Source: Nitrospirota bacterium (lineage in GTDB: Bacteria; Nitrospirota; UBA9217). From it: DNA of 64,000 nucleotides. Location: NCBI GenBank assembly GCA_963751455.1, contig CAVVUN010000015.1, forward strand, positions 972,304-1,036,303, written 5' to 3'. Made by a program: the position numbers and the translations under genes. The notes under the pieces were generated by a model, which was not told the DNA's origin, did not search any database, and saw only the letters and a program-made list of their open reading frames with translations. Positions 42,393 to 51,539 of the stretch are shown here, one piece after another. Positions within the stretch are counted from its first letter, which is position 1. Each line of letters begins with the position of its first letter.

Positions 42393-43829
42393 ATGAAAAG
42401 AAGACTACTGATAGGATTCATTTCCCCGCTGCTTATTTTTTTAATCGGAACTCTTATTGCGGCGATTTATATCACCAAGACCACTCAGCGGATGGACCAG
42501 TTGATCCTGCTCCACCGTGTTGAGCTTTTGCGGGAAGATCTTATCATCCGTATTCAACATGTGCAATCAAATATTATTCTTAACAAAACGCGAAACCAGA
42601 GTGATGTCGATGCACTTCTCGTCCACATGCAGGAGATCGATAAGGTGATGGATTCTTGCCTCGGTTGCCATCATTCCCCTGAATTGAGCCAAGGCCTTCA
42701 CGGAATGCGGGACGTGGCTAACGATTACAAGTCGGCAATCGGCGGGCTGGTTAACGCATCTGTCAAGCCGGTAATGGCCGAGGCACGGGAACGAAGGGCC
42801 CAGTATATGGGACAGGAGCTCATTACCATGGCGCAGGGAATGGCATTTACGGCGAATGTCAGACTCCAGAAAAAGACACAGGAAATGATGGCCACTTTGC
42901 GAGACGTCAGTACTGTTTTGTATGCCACGCTTTTATTTGGTTTTCTTCTTGCAATCGCGATTTCCGCTTTTTTGGCGAAAAGCTTCGACAGAAGAGTCGA
43001 GTCGCTTGTCGCGGCAATCAGGCGAATTTCGCGCGGAGAACTCGAGTATAGAATACCGAAAACGGAGAGTGCGATCAGCGGTTTTCGGGAGCTGGGAGAG
43101 GCATTTAACGAAATGGCCCGCGCATTGCGGCGGGATCAGCGACAATTGGTGCAAAGCGCAAAACTGACCGCGATTGCGGATCTGGGAGCAAGTATCGCCT
43201 ATGAAGTCAATCATCCGTTGAACGCAGTTCTCGGCTATACCGGCCACTTATTAAAGTCCGATGATCTCCCAGCCGACAAAAAGGAGCAGCTTAAGACCAT
43301 AGAGCGAGAAACTTTACGGGCAACAGAAATTACCAAGAACCTTCAGAAGTTCGTGAATCGGAAACCGCTTCGTATGCAGAAGGCTGATGTTCGCGCAATG
43401 ATGCGCGAGGTCGTGGAACATGTCAAAAAGCGGCAATTGTCAAATATTAAGTGCATCATGGATTGCGCGGATCCGCTCCTTCCCGTTTCCCTTGACGCGG
43501 ACCTCATGAAACAGGTCTTTCTCCATCTGGTTGACAGCAGTTTACGACAGATGCCGAACGGCGGTCTATTAACTATTCGGTGCAAATGCGAACGGGATAT
43601 GTTCGGCAGAGACTTTACGGCAATTGAGTTCACGGACAACGGGGCAGGAATTCCCGATCCTCAATTGGATAAAATATTTGACCCACTGTTCAACACTCGG
43701 CTGGAAGGAGAGGGAACCAGCCTCGCGCTTGCAATGAGTTACCTGATTGTGCAAAACCACGGTGGACGCATAGAAGTAGAAAGCAAAGTGGGCTCGGGTT
43801 CATCATTCCGCGTTATTTTGCCGATGTAA
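42393..43829 (+). CDS. Paralogous sensor kinase-like protein: periplasmic CxxCH domain, HAMP, degenerate HisKA/HATPase_c
   Basis: 478 aa. TM1 about aa 7-27, TM2 about aa 173-195; CLGCH at aa 89-93 (nt 42657-42671). H-box reads IAYEVNHPLNAVLGY (Tyr at the His position), N-box HLVDSSLRQ, G2 GEGTSLALA. Confidence 0.85.
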   Translation: MKRRLLIGFISPLLIFLIGTLIAAIYITKTTQRMDQLILLHRVELLREDLIIRIQHVQSNIILNKTRNQSDVDALLVHMQEIDKVMDSCLGCHHSPELSQGLHGMRDVANDYKSAIGGLVNASVKPVMAEARERRAQYMGQELITMAQGMAFTANVRLQKKTQEMMATLRDVSTVLYATLLFGFLLAIAISAFLAKSFDRRVESLVAAIRRISRGELEYRIPKTESAISGFRELGEAFNEMARALRRDQRQLVQSAKLTAIADLGASIAYEVNHPLNAVLGYTGHLLKSDDLPADKKEQLKTIERETLRATEITKNLQKFVNRKPLRMQKADVRAMMREVVEHVKKRQLSNIKCIMDCADPLLPVSLDADLMKQVFLHLVDSSLRQMPNGGLLTIRCKCERDMFGRDFTAIEFTDNGAGIPDPQLDKIFDPLFNTRLEGEGTSLALAMSYLIVQNHGGRIEVESKVGSGSSFRVILPM

Positions 43830-43913
43830 CAACAGAGGTACGGATATTTAAACGTATTTCGAGGACGAGCATGTTCCGGCTTTGTCGGAGAAAGAAAAGA
43901 GTGAGGGGCAGTC

Positions 43914-45431
43914 ATGGCTAGCGAAAAAATACTTGTTGTAGATGACGAGGAAATGATCAGAGACCTATGCAGTCATATTTTGACTGCGGAAGGATACCAG
44001 GTCACCATAGTTTCAAACGGAGCTGCGGCGCTCGAAGAACTGAGCCGTCACGATATGGATCTTCTTATCACGGATATCAAAATGCCGGGTATGGACGGAC
44101 TTGAGTTATTTGAACGGGTCAAACAGCTAAACCAGGACATAGTAACAATATTCATAACCGGCCACGGGACCCTGGACACTGCGATCGAGTCCCTTATGCG
44201 CGGTGTGGACGGATTCGTACTGAAGCCATTTACGCAGGAAGAAATCCTGGCAGCAGTGGAACGTGCCATAACGCGAAGCAGACTTCAGAATGAAAATATC
44301 CGGCTCAAGGCCTTGATCCCTCTCTTCGAAATCAGTAAACTGCTTGTCACTGAAATTGATCTGGCCCATCTTTTCAAGATCATTACCGAGGTCCTTGTTC
44401 AAGAGTTTTCTGTGGACCGGGTATCTTTAATGCTTGTGGACGAGGCTAGCGGAGATCTCATCATACGTGCTTCTCACGGGCTGCCGGCGGAATTGGCTAT
44501 GAAATCCCGCCGGAAACCCGGACAGGGAGTATCGGGTCTGGTACTCAAGAACAGGAAACCGCTTATTATATCAGCAGGAAAACATCCGGCGCCCGATGTA
44601 ATGGCGGCCATCAACGTCGAAGATATGCCGGTATCCTCTATGTCGGTGCCGCTCATCGGGAAAAACAAGGTGTTCGGCGTATTGAATGTGAGTAAATATA
44701 CCGGTTCGCCGTTCAGCGCAAGCGATCTCCAGATAGTACTTATTCTGTCAAGTCAGGTAGTGACTGCCATGGAGAACGCGGCGCTCTATGAAGATTTACG
44801 CGAGAATTATTTCCGCACCGTTCAGGCGCTCGTAGCGGCCGTCGAAGCAAAGGATCCGTACACCCGCTGGCATTCCACAAATGTCGCAAAGTACGCTGTG
44901 GCGATTGCGCGCGATCTGGGAATGAGCCCGACTCAACTTGAGGAAATGCATATTGCGGCGATTCTCCATGATGTCGGAAAAATCGGTATCAGCGAGGTGA
45001 TCATCAGCAAACCTGACCGGTTGAGCCGCGAGGAATTCGACATTATGAAGGATCACCCTGCTCACGGCATACGAATTCTGGAGCCGATCGGATTCTCCAC
45101 AGCCATAATTAACGCCATATATCAGCATCACGAACGTTACGACGGGAAAGGATACCCGAGAGGCCTGGCCGGGGAGGAGATCAGTCTTGCAGCACGAGTT
45201 CTCAACGTTGCCGATACCATTGACGCTATGGTCTCCGAACGGCCATATCGCGGTACAATATCGAGCATGGAGGTTCTCGCGGAACTCGAGCGGGAATCCG
45301 GAGGACAGTTTGATCCGAAGGTGACAGAATCGGCGAGAAGACTGATAGAAAAAGGTCTGCTTAAGCTGGGGATGCGCACGTATTACCAATATACAGCAGG
45401 CACCGATAAAGAGGGGAAAAAGGCGCAGTAA
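43914..45431 (+). CDS. Response regulator with GAF and HD-GYP (c-di-GMP phosphodiesterase-type) domains
   Basis: 505 aa. REC (DD, LLITDIKMPGMDG, KPF), central GAF, HD..HDVGKIGI..HHERYDGKGYPRGL. Confidence 0.9.
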   Translation: MASEKILVVDDEEMIRDLCSHILTAEGYQVTIVSNGAAALEELSRHDMDLLITDIKMPGMDGLELFERVKQLNQDIVTIFITGHGTLDTAIESLMRGVDGFVLKPFTQEEILAAVERAITRSRLQNENIRLKALIPLFEISKLLVTEIDLAHLFKIITEVLVQEFSVDRVSLMLVDEASGDLIIRASHGLPAELAMKSRRKPGQGVSGLVLKNRKPLIISAGKHPAPDVMAAINVEDMPVSSMSVPLIGKNKVFGVLNVSKYTGSPFSASDLQIVLILSSQVVTAMENAALYEDLRENYFRTVQALVAAVEAKDPYTRWHSTNVAKYAVAIARDLGMSPTQLEEMHIAAILHDVGKIGISEVIISKPDRLSREEFDIMKDHPAHGIRILEPIGFSTAIINAIYQHHERYDGKGYPRGLAGEEISLAARVLNVADTIDAMVSERPYRGTISSMEVLAELERESGGQFDPKVTESARRLIEKGLLKLGMRTYYQYTAGTDKEGKKAQ

Positions 45432-45475
45432 CATGAGAAGCCGGAATCGCAGACTGTTGGAATTATAAAGGCAGC

Positions 45476-46066
45476 TTATTGTCTGACTTTGATCTTGACA
45501 CGTTCGTCCAGCGTAAACAGCACCTTCTGTTTAAATTTTTTTCCCGTAAGCGAGAGAACGAGTAGGAACGCGACGGAAAAGCCCAAGGAATTGAAAATGA
45601 CGTCATGATTTCCAATCAGGTTGGCGAGAACCATACCAGGCAGTATGATCGTAGCCAGGAGCCAGCCTTCCCAATATCCACAATAGTATGCTTCTTTGCC
45701 TGCCATTCCAGCCGCTCCAGCGCAAACTAAACCGATCCCGACTAGCAGCAGTGTTCCAACGTACTGCTCCGGACCATAAAAATATGCGGTCGTTTGAATT
45801 ATCAAGCCTGATATAACCGTGCAAACAATACATATCTTTATTGGACGCATCCAGACGAGAAGATAAAGGGCTGAAAGCAGTACGCCGAGCTCGAAAAGCA
45901 TAATACCTGCAGTATAAAAAGCGTTTTGCAGAGGATAGAGTATTGCGAGAACGGCTGCTCCAAGAACTTGTATGGCGAGCCCTGACCGGTACAATATGTC
46001 GTGTCGTCGACAGTATTTAAGGCCGGCCATCGCAATTTGTTCTTCGAGGCTTGGTTTTGTGGTCAT
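45476..46066 (-). CDS. Hypothetical integral membrane protein (about 5-6 TM helices)
   Basis: 196 aa, hydrophobic segments throughout; no family recognised by eye. Confidence 0.6.
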   Translation of the reverse strand: MTTKPSLEEQIAMAGLKYCRRHDILYRSGLAIQVLGAAVLAILYPLQNAFYTAGIMLFELGVLLSALYLLVWMRPIKICIVCTVISGLIIQTTAYFYGPEQYVGTLLLVGIGLVCAGAAGMAGKEAYYCGYWEGWLLATIILPGMVLANLIGNHDVIFNSLGFSVAFLLVLSLTGKKFKQKVLFTLDERVKIKVRQ

Positions 46067-46253
46067 CAGCCTTTATAGCATGAGTTCATTTTGAATGCAA
46101 TAAGAACAAAAAGTATCGCGGCAAAATTACGTATAGCAAAACGACAGCCATTCAAAATCTCTTCCTCCTTGCAACGTGATGTCTTCTAATTCCAGTTTCG
46201 ATAAATAGCAACAAGAGTAATGATTCTAATTAATCAAAGAAAAAAATTCTTTC

Positions 46254-46282
46254 TTGACTTGGATATACGACTTTGGTATATT
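46254..46282 (+). promoter_or_regulatory. Candidate sigma70 promoter far upstream of the porin gene
   Basis: TTGACT (46254-46259), 17-nt spacer, TATATT (46277-46282); about 450 nt before ATG 46733. Confidence 0.4.
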
Positions 46283-46732
46283 CTGCGTAATGTTTTAAAG
46301 ACTTCTTTTTCAAATTAAATCCTGTCTCTTTTTTGATACATCGTGAAGTAGGCAACTCGTTAACAGCGACAAGTAATAGTGGTAGATTCGGTGTTTATTA
46401 ATCTATGAGAAAACCCACTATAAGCTCACGATATCGCAGTTTTTACTCACCTTACAGTCACGCCGGCATTTCTCAGCGCGTTTTCGCCGACAAATACATC
46501 ACCATCAATAGTCACCGTTTAAAACCGGAAATTCACATGACCTGCTGTTTACCGTTTCATGTATACACGGTTTGCCTATCCAAGTGGTAATGAAAGGAGG
46601 GATGTATTAAATCTCTTTGATCTTCTCGGCAAAACAGAGCAACTGCAGCATCGTTTCAAAGCTAGAGCATATCCGGAAGTTTGAACATGTTTCGGATGGT
46701 CCGGAACAAAACTACATTAGGGAGGATAAACG

Positions 46733-48013
46733 ATGAAGAAGTTTGTTGTTTTACTCGTAGTTGTGGCTTTGACTTTTATCAGCGCAATAGCATATGCCGC
46801 AGATGTGACGGTTGGCGGAACGGTACAGATCCGGAGCAGGAATTTCGACACTATGTCTTTCGATGAAAAGGTCGTAACCAAGGACGAAAAAGACACGCAG
46901 GAAAGAATCCAGATGGACATCAATGCCAAAGCAGGAGATGTTAAAGGCAAGATCGCGATCTGGAACGATTTCGATACGTGGGGAAGATTTGAAGCAGTGC
47001 AGGGCATTGCATCGGGAACAACAGTAACGACTACAGCGGGTGATTCCACACAGACGTACAACAATAACAAGATCGGCATCCGCGAGGCATGGGTCAATTT
47101 CAACGTGCCGGGGCTCCCGATTAACGTGACTGCCGGTCATCAGCTCCTGAAGCTTGCCAACGGCTTTTTCGTCAGTTCGATGCATTTCGGTTCCGATGCA
47201 TGGGTAATAGCGAACCAGACGGGAAACAACACTTTTGCTGTTGTTAACGGGAAAATCGCTGAGAACACGACGAGCCTTTCAGACGACCAGGATCTTTATA
47301 CTATCCTCGATGTCTTTAAGCTTAGCGACAATGCGACGATCGGCGTTGATTTTTCTAACGTCAAAGATCGTTCGGGCGCGGACCAGGTGGACCTGATGAA
47401 TGTCGGTATCAATTTTAACGGTAAAATCGGCCCGGTTGCACTTAAAGCCCAGTTCGATCAGAACATGGGAGACAAAACGACCGGAGGGACCGTAAAGCAG
47501 GACTTTACCGGTAATGAAATCGTAGTCCAGGGCAAAGTTCCGATCGCGCCCGTTACGCTCAACTTCACGTTTGCAATGGGTTCCGGCCAGGACACTTCCA
47601 GCGACGTTACCCTGTTCCAGAACTTCCTGGATGTTGATCCGCATGTCGCCTTTATGTATGAGTATAAGATACCGACAGCAGCCGGAAGGAAAAACACAGG
47701 CTTCGCGAACACGACGGCTATCGGCGTGGGAGCAACCATGGCGGCATCCAGCAGCGTGACCGTAGGCGCTGATCTCTGGCTGTTAAGCGCCTCTGAAAAA
47801 GTGAATGTAACTCAAACCGGCAGAGCTGCAGGTGCGGTCTCCGATGATGTGGGCACGGAAATAGACTTGGCCGTTAATTGGAAAGTGGCCGAGAACCTGA
47901 CCTGGAACTGGAACGTCGGCTACTTTATGCCTGGCGATGCGTATCTTGATGCGACCGGCGCAGGCGACGATGCCGCTACCGGTATTACGGGCATCCTCGC
48001 GTTCAAGTTCTAA
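46733..48013 (+). CDS. Putative outer-membrane beta-barrel porin
   Basis: 426 aa. Signal peptide MKKFVVLLVVVALTFISAIAYA, alternating beta-strand pattern, C-terminal ...GILAFKF (aromatic terminal residue). Confidence 0.7.
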   Translation: MKKFVVLLVVVALTFISAIAYAADVTVGGTVQIRSRNFDTMSFDEKVVTKDEKDTQERIQMDINAKAGDVKGKIAIWNDFDTWGRFEAVQGIASGTTVTTTAGDSTQTYNNNKIGIREAWVNFNVPGLPINVTAGHQLLKLANGFFVSSMHFGSDAWVIANQTGNNTFAVVNGKIAENTTSLSDDQDLYTILDVFKLSDNATIGVDFSNVKDRSGADQVDLMNVGINFNGKIGPVALKAQFDQNMGDKTTGGTVKQDFTGNEIVVQGKVPIAPVTLNFTFAMGSGQDTSSDVTLFQNFLDVDPHVAFMYEYKIPTAAGRKNTGFANTTAIGVGATMAASSSVTVGADLWLLSASEKVNVTQTGRAAGAVSDDVGTEIDLAVNWKVAENLTWNWNVGYFMPGDAYLDATGAGDDAATGITGILAFKF

Positions 48014-48055
48014 ATCACAATTGCGTGCCGGGTTTTATCCGGTACAATAAGAAGT

Positions 48056-48096
48056 AAAAAAATCCCCGGGGGCCAAGCTTCCGGGGATTTTTTTTG
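48056..48096. terminator. Bidirectional intrinsic terminator between the convergent porin and folD genes
   Basis: aaaaaaatccccgg (48056-48069) / ccggggattttttt (48081-48094): A-tract, GC stem, T-tract. Confidence 0.8.
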
Positions 48097-48140
48097 TTGA
48101 GTATGTCGTTTATTGTTTATTTCAGAATGTCGGCCACATG

Positions 48141-48992
48141 TTAAGGATTTTGCAGCTTGGCTGCCTTGACTACATGCTTTAACAATACGCGAGTCGTGAC
48201 GGTTCCCACTCCGCCGGGTACCGGCGTGATCGCGCCCGCCACTTCCTTCGCCGGATCGGTATCCACATCCCCGAATAGTTTGTCTCCTTCGACATTGATG
48301 CCGACGTCCATTACCGTCGCGCCTGGTTTTATGTAGTTTGTTTTTATCATCTTTGCTTTGCCGATAGCTGCTACAAGGATGTCTGCGCGCTTGCAAACAC
48401 CCGGAAGATCGGTCGTCTTTGAATGGCAGACGGTAACTGTTGCATTCTCGCCAAGGAGCAGCATGGACATGGGTTTGCCTACAACCATGGATCTGCCGAT
48501 AATTACCGCCTCTTTGCCGCTCATCGGAATCTGGTAGAACCGCAGTATTTCCATGACCGCCTGTGGTGTGGCAGGCGGAAATCCCGTCATGTCGCCCGCC
48601 ATGATCTTGCCCGCATTCACCGGATTGAAGCAGTCGACGTCTTTATCCGGCGAGAGCACGTATTTTACCACGTCCTCCCTGATCTGCTTTGGGAACGGCC
48701 TCATGACTATGATGCCATTGATGCTCTTGTCGGCGTTCCTTTTCTGCAGTATATTTACGAATTCGTCCTGGCTCGTCGTTCCGGGCAGCTGCTCGATGTC
48801 ACAGGCGATACCGTTCTTTTCCGCCATCTTCTTTGCACTGTTTGCATACGCAAGCGAATCGGGTGCCTCGCCGACGATCATGATCTTAAGTGCCGGATTG
48901 ATGCCCTTGGCTTTGAGTTCCTGGACGTCTTTCTGGATGTCCTGATCCATTTTTTGAGCCACTTCTTTACCGGTCAGTAGTTTTGCAGACAT
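48141..48992 (-). CDS. folD: Bifunctional methylenetetrahydrofolate dehydrogenase/methenyl-THF cyclohydrolase
   Basis: 283 aa. Typical FolD blocks (INGIIVMRPFP, VVIGRSMVVGKP, PVPGGVGTVT). Confidence 0.95.
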   Translation of the reverse strand: MSAKLLTGKEVAQKMDQDIQKDVQELKAKGINPALKIMIVGEAPDSLAYANSAKKMAEKNGIACDIEQLPGTTSQDEFVNILQKRNADKSINGIIVMRPFPKQIREDVVKYVLSPDKDVDCFNPVNAGKIMAGDMTGFPPATPQAVMEILRFYQIPMSGKEAVIIGRSMVVGKPMSMLLLGENATVTVCHSKTTDLPGVCKRADILVAAIGKAKMIKTNYIKPGATVMDVGINVEGDKLFGDVDTDPAKEVAGAITPVPGGVGTVTTRVLLKHVVKAAKLQNP

Positions 48993-49078
48993 GTTTTCTC
49001 CCGTTATTTATTATTTTTTTGTGGACCGAGGCAACCGCGTTGCCGTGATTCACGCCGACTTGGTCGGCTCGCTCCATA

Positions 49079-49705
49079 TCATCCCATCTTCTTGTACGTC
49101 GTTTCCATGACGGTCTTCTCAAGTGCCGCAACCTGTTTCAGAACATCTTGCATCTTCGACCAGGTCTCCTTGTTGTATGCTTCATCCTTGATGCTGTTGA
49201 CGTTGATCTTGACGTTGAGCGCAGCGCTCTGCGCGCATGCCTGTGCAAGGAGAACCGCAACTCCCGCGTCGCTTACAGCGCCGACATTCCCGATCTCGGC
49301 CGCACGCTCCGCAAGTTTTGCGACTTCAAGCGATTTCAAGCCGATCTCGAATGGCACCTGGCAAGCCTTTTTGAGCGCTTCCTGCATTTTTGCAGTTCGT
49401 GCCGCTTTTTCTGCATCGGTGTTTTTCGGCATTTTATACACATCCGACAGGCCGCCGTAGACTTCCGTGTCCTTTTGAATAAGGTCTTGCATTTCTGCCC
49501 TGAGTTTCTCCGACTCCTTCAGAAGCGCCTCTACCTGGGGCTGCACATCCTTGTATTTTTCCTTTCCCAGCGTCAGGTTTGAGACCATGCTGACGAGGGC
49601 CGCGCCAAGGGACCCGGTAAGCGCGGCCACACTGCCGCCGCCCGGCTCCGGAGATTTGCTCGCGAGTTTATCCATAAAATGCCGCAACGGCTGATCTATA
49701 TACAT
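49079..49705 (-). CDS. Cyclodeaminase/cyclohydrolase family protein (FTCD C-terminal-like; FchA-like)
   Basis: SPEPGGGSVAALTGSLGAALVSMVSNLT block. ATG 49705 preceded by ggggagga; the upstream 35 codons of the track ORF look like non-coding AT-rich read-through. Confidence 0.8.
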   Translation of the reverse strand: MYIDQPLRHFMDKLASKSPEPGGGSVAALTGSLGAALVSMVSNLTLGKEKYKDVQPQVEALLKESEKLRAEMQDLIQKDTEVYGGLSDVYKMPKNTDAEKAARTAKMQEALKKACQVPFEIGLKSLEVAKLAERAAEIGNVGAVSDAGVAVLLAQACAQSAALNVKINVNSIKDEAYNKETWSKMQDVLKQVAALEKTVMETTYKKMG

Positions 49706-49872
49706 CAGAATCCTCCCCATTGTCAGTAATAAAAACAAAATCATAATGAAGTTACGGTTAATTGTCAATGAAAAAAGGCGAATACAAAATGAGAATATGC
49801 TGAACTGCATAACAGTCAGGATTTAAAAAATATAAAATCGGAAAATCGCAGGAGAGAGCATGAACATGCTTT

Positions 49873-50319
49873 CTATTTCAATACCTGGTCGACCCACTTA
49901 ACAAGATCTAATTTTTCTTTCGGCGCCCCATCCAGACGAGCTGTCTGAATACCGTTCTTAAACATGATGAACGTTGGAGTGGCCTTTACAGTGAAGCGCC
50001 GTGCGAGTTGGGGTTCAGCATCAATATCGATTTTAACCACTTTAAGTCGTCCGGCTCTCCATGAAGCAAGATCCTGCAAAACAGGCTCAACCATACGGCA
50101 GAAGCCGCACCATTTTGCCCAGAATTCCAGGAGAAGATTTTCCGGCCATTCATAAACCTCATGATCAAAAGAACCGGTTGTTCCGATTACCGGTGCCCGA
50201 GGATATTCCAGCTTCGCTTTACACTGAGCGCAGATCGGGTGGGCGCCTAACTTTTGGTAGGGCACACGGTTCAGCGTTCTGCATTCCTTGCATCTCAAAA
50301 GTATTGCTTGGTCTGTCAT
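49873..50319 (-). CDS. Thioredoxin with N-terminal zinc-finger (Trx2-like), active site WCGFC
   Basis: CKEC...CAQC N-terminal pair, then a thioredoxin fold with WAKWCGFCRM. Start choice (50319 vs 50328/50346) is uncertain. Confidence 0.75.
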   Translation of the reverse strand: MTDQAILLRCKECRTLNRVPYQKLGAHPICAQCKAKLEYPRAPVIGTTGSFDHEVYEWPENLLLEFWAKWCGFCRMVEPVLQDLASWRAGRLKVVKIDIDAEPQLARRFTVKATPTFIMFKNGIQTARLDGAPKEKLDLVKWVDQVLK

Positions 50320-50441
50320 GAAAGGCATCCCAATAAAAACAATCAAAAAACGGGGGTGTTTCGAAACTTATCCCTCTGTCTTTTATTTAAATGCCGGTAC
50401 CGGCCCACACGGTACTGATAACATTATCTTCGGATATCGTT

Positions 50442-50843
50442 TTATGCCTGTGCGGTAACCACGATTTTTCTGGTTTTCGCAGTTTCCGCTTTCGGCAGAA
50501 CCAGGCGTAAAACGCCATTTTTCATAGTGGCCTGAATTTTTTCCTTATCGACTTCGTCTGAAAGTGTAAAGGCGCGCTGATAGTCGCCGATGCCGTATTC
50601 AGAATAGGCCAGCCGGTGTTTTTCGGGGATGTCCGGCTCGACGCGTCCATAGATGGTCAGTACATTTTTTTCGAGTGTTATGTCCAGGTTTTTATCATCT
50701 ACCCCAGGCAGATCTGCGGTAACGATGATGTCGTTTTTTCGCTCCAGGATATCGACGTCAGGGGTATAAACCTTATGCGGCCTGGTACGTTCTAAACCCT
50801 GGGGTATCTCTGCCTCTTTTTTGATATCTTTGGCATCGTCCAT
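50442..50843 (-). CDS. Hsp20/alpha-crystallin small heat-shock protein
   Basis: 133 aa. Alpha-crystallin domain; ...MKNGVLRLVLPK. Confidence 0.9.
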   Translation of the reverse strand: MDDAKDIKKEAEIPQGLERTRPHKVYTPDVDILERKNDIIVTADLPGVDDKNLDITLEKNVLTIYGRVEPDIPEKHRLAYSEYGIGDYQRAFTLSDEVDKEKIQATMKNGVLRLVLPKAETAKTRKIVVTAQA

Positions 50844-50857
50844 CTCGGGTCCTCCTC

Positions 50858-51289
50858 TTATTCGTTTTCGATGACTATCTTTTTCGGTTTTTCCGCCTCT
50901 GCTCTCGGCAAAGCAAGCTTTAGAACACCCTTGCTGAAGCGGGCGGACACTTTTTCCGAATCGATGCTATAGGGAAGATCGATTGTCCTGCTTGCCTGTC
51001 CGGACCATCGCTCTCGACGATGATACGATTCTCCATCTTGCGGCTGCTCGCTTGGCCGCTGCGCTTGAATACTGAGCGAGTTTCCGACCACGGATATGTC
51101 GACCGTATTCGGCTCTATCCCGGGCAGTTCCATGGTCGCTACAAGGCTGTCTCCGTCAGACCACAGGTTAATTGCTGGGAATTCCAACGCTCGTGCCGGG
51201 ACCATGTCGGAGGCCGCCTTGTTCAGCCGCTCCAAACTGCGCCAGGGATCAGGAATTGCTCCTAATCTGTTAAATTCCGTCCACAACAT
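50858..51289 (-). CDS. Hsp20/alpha-crystallin small heat-shock protein
   Basis: 143 aa. ...FSKGVLKLALPR; aaggaggg RBS. Confidence 0.9.
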   Translation of the reverse strand: MLWTEFNRLGAIPDPWRSLERLNKAASDMVPARALEFPAINLWSDGDSLVATMELPGIEPNTVDISVVGNSLSIQAQRPSEQPQDGESYHRRERWSGQASRTIDLPYSIDSEKVSARFSKGVLKLALPRAEAEKPKKIVIENE

Positions 51290-51311
51290 AAATGCCCTCC
51301 TTAGGATGAAT

Positions 51312-51338
51312 TTAGCACTCTTATTAGTAGAGTGCTAA
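51312..51338. promoter_or_regulatory. CIRCE operator (HrcA binding site)
   Basis: TTAGCACTC-ttattagta-GAGTGCTAA: perfect match to the CIRCE consensus TTAGCACTC-N9-GAGTGCTAA, 22 nt upstream of the hsp20 start codon. Confidence 0.9.
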
Positions 51339-51343
51339 ATGAT

Positions 51344-51371
51344 AATTTACCAAAAAGAATTTAAAAGTCAA
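51344..51371 (-). promoter_or_regulatory. Candidate sigma70 promoter driving the hsp20 pair
   Basis: On the minus strand: TTGACT (51371-51366), 16-nt spacer, TAAATT (51349-51344). The predicted start site falls in the CIRCE arm. Confidence 0.45.
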
Positions 51372-51539
51372 GAGGTATAATATGTAATTAATTCAATATG
51401 TTAAGCTTTTTAAGCAATAATTTTTCAATCGAACACAGATTTAAAATGTTTAGATAAGGCATTCCTTACCTATACAGATTTGTATTTTATTGTCTTTCGC
51501 AAAACTTGGTGGGTAATGCCTGGGTACCCGGTTATCCCT

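Noticed and set aside
49706-49810. 35-codon N-terminal extension of the cyclohydrolase-like ORF (track start 49810)
   Set aside because: The extension is an AT-rich, Phe/Ile/Leu-rich read-through. A strong ggggagga RBS precedes the internal ATG 49705, where homology begins.
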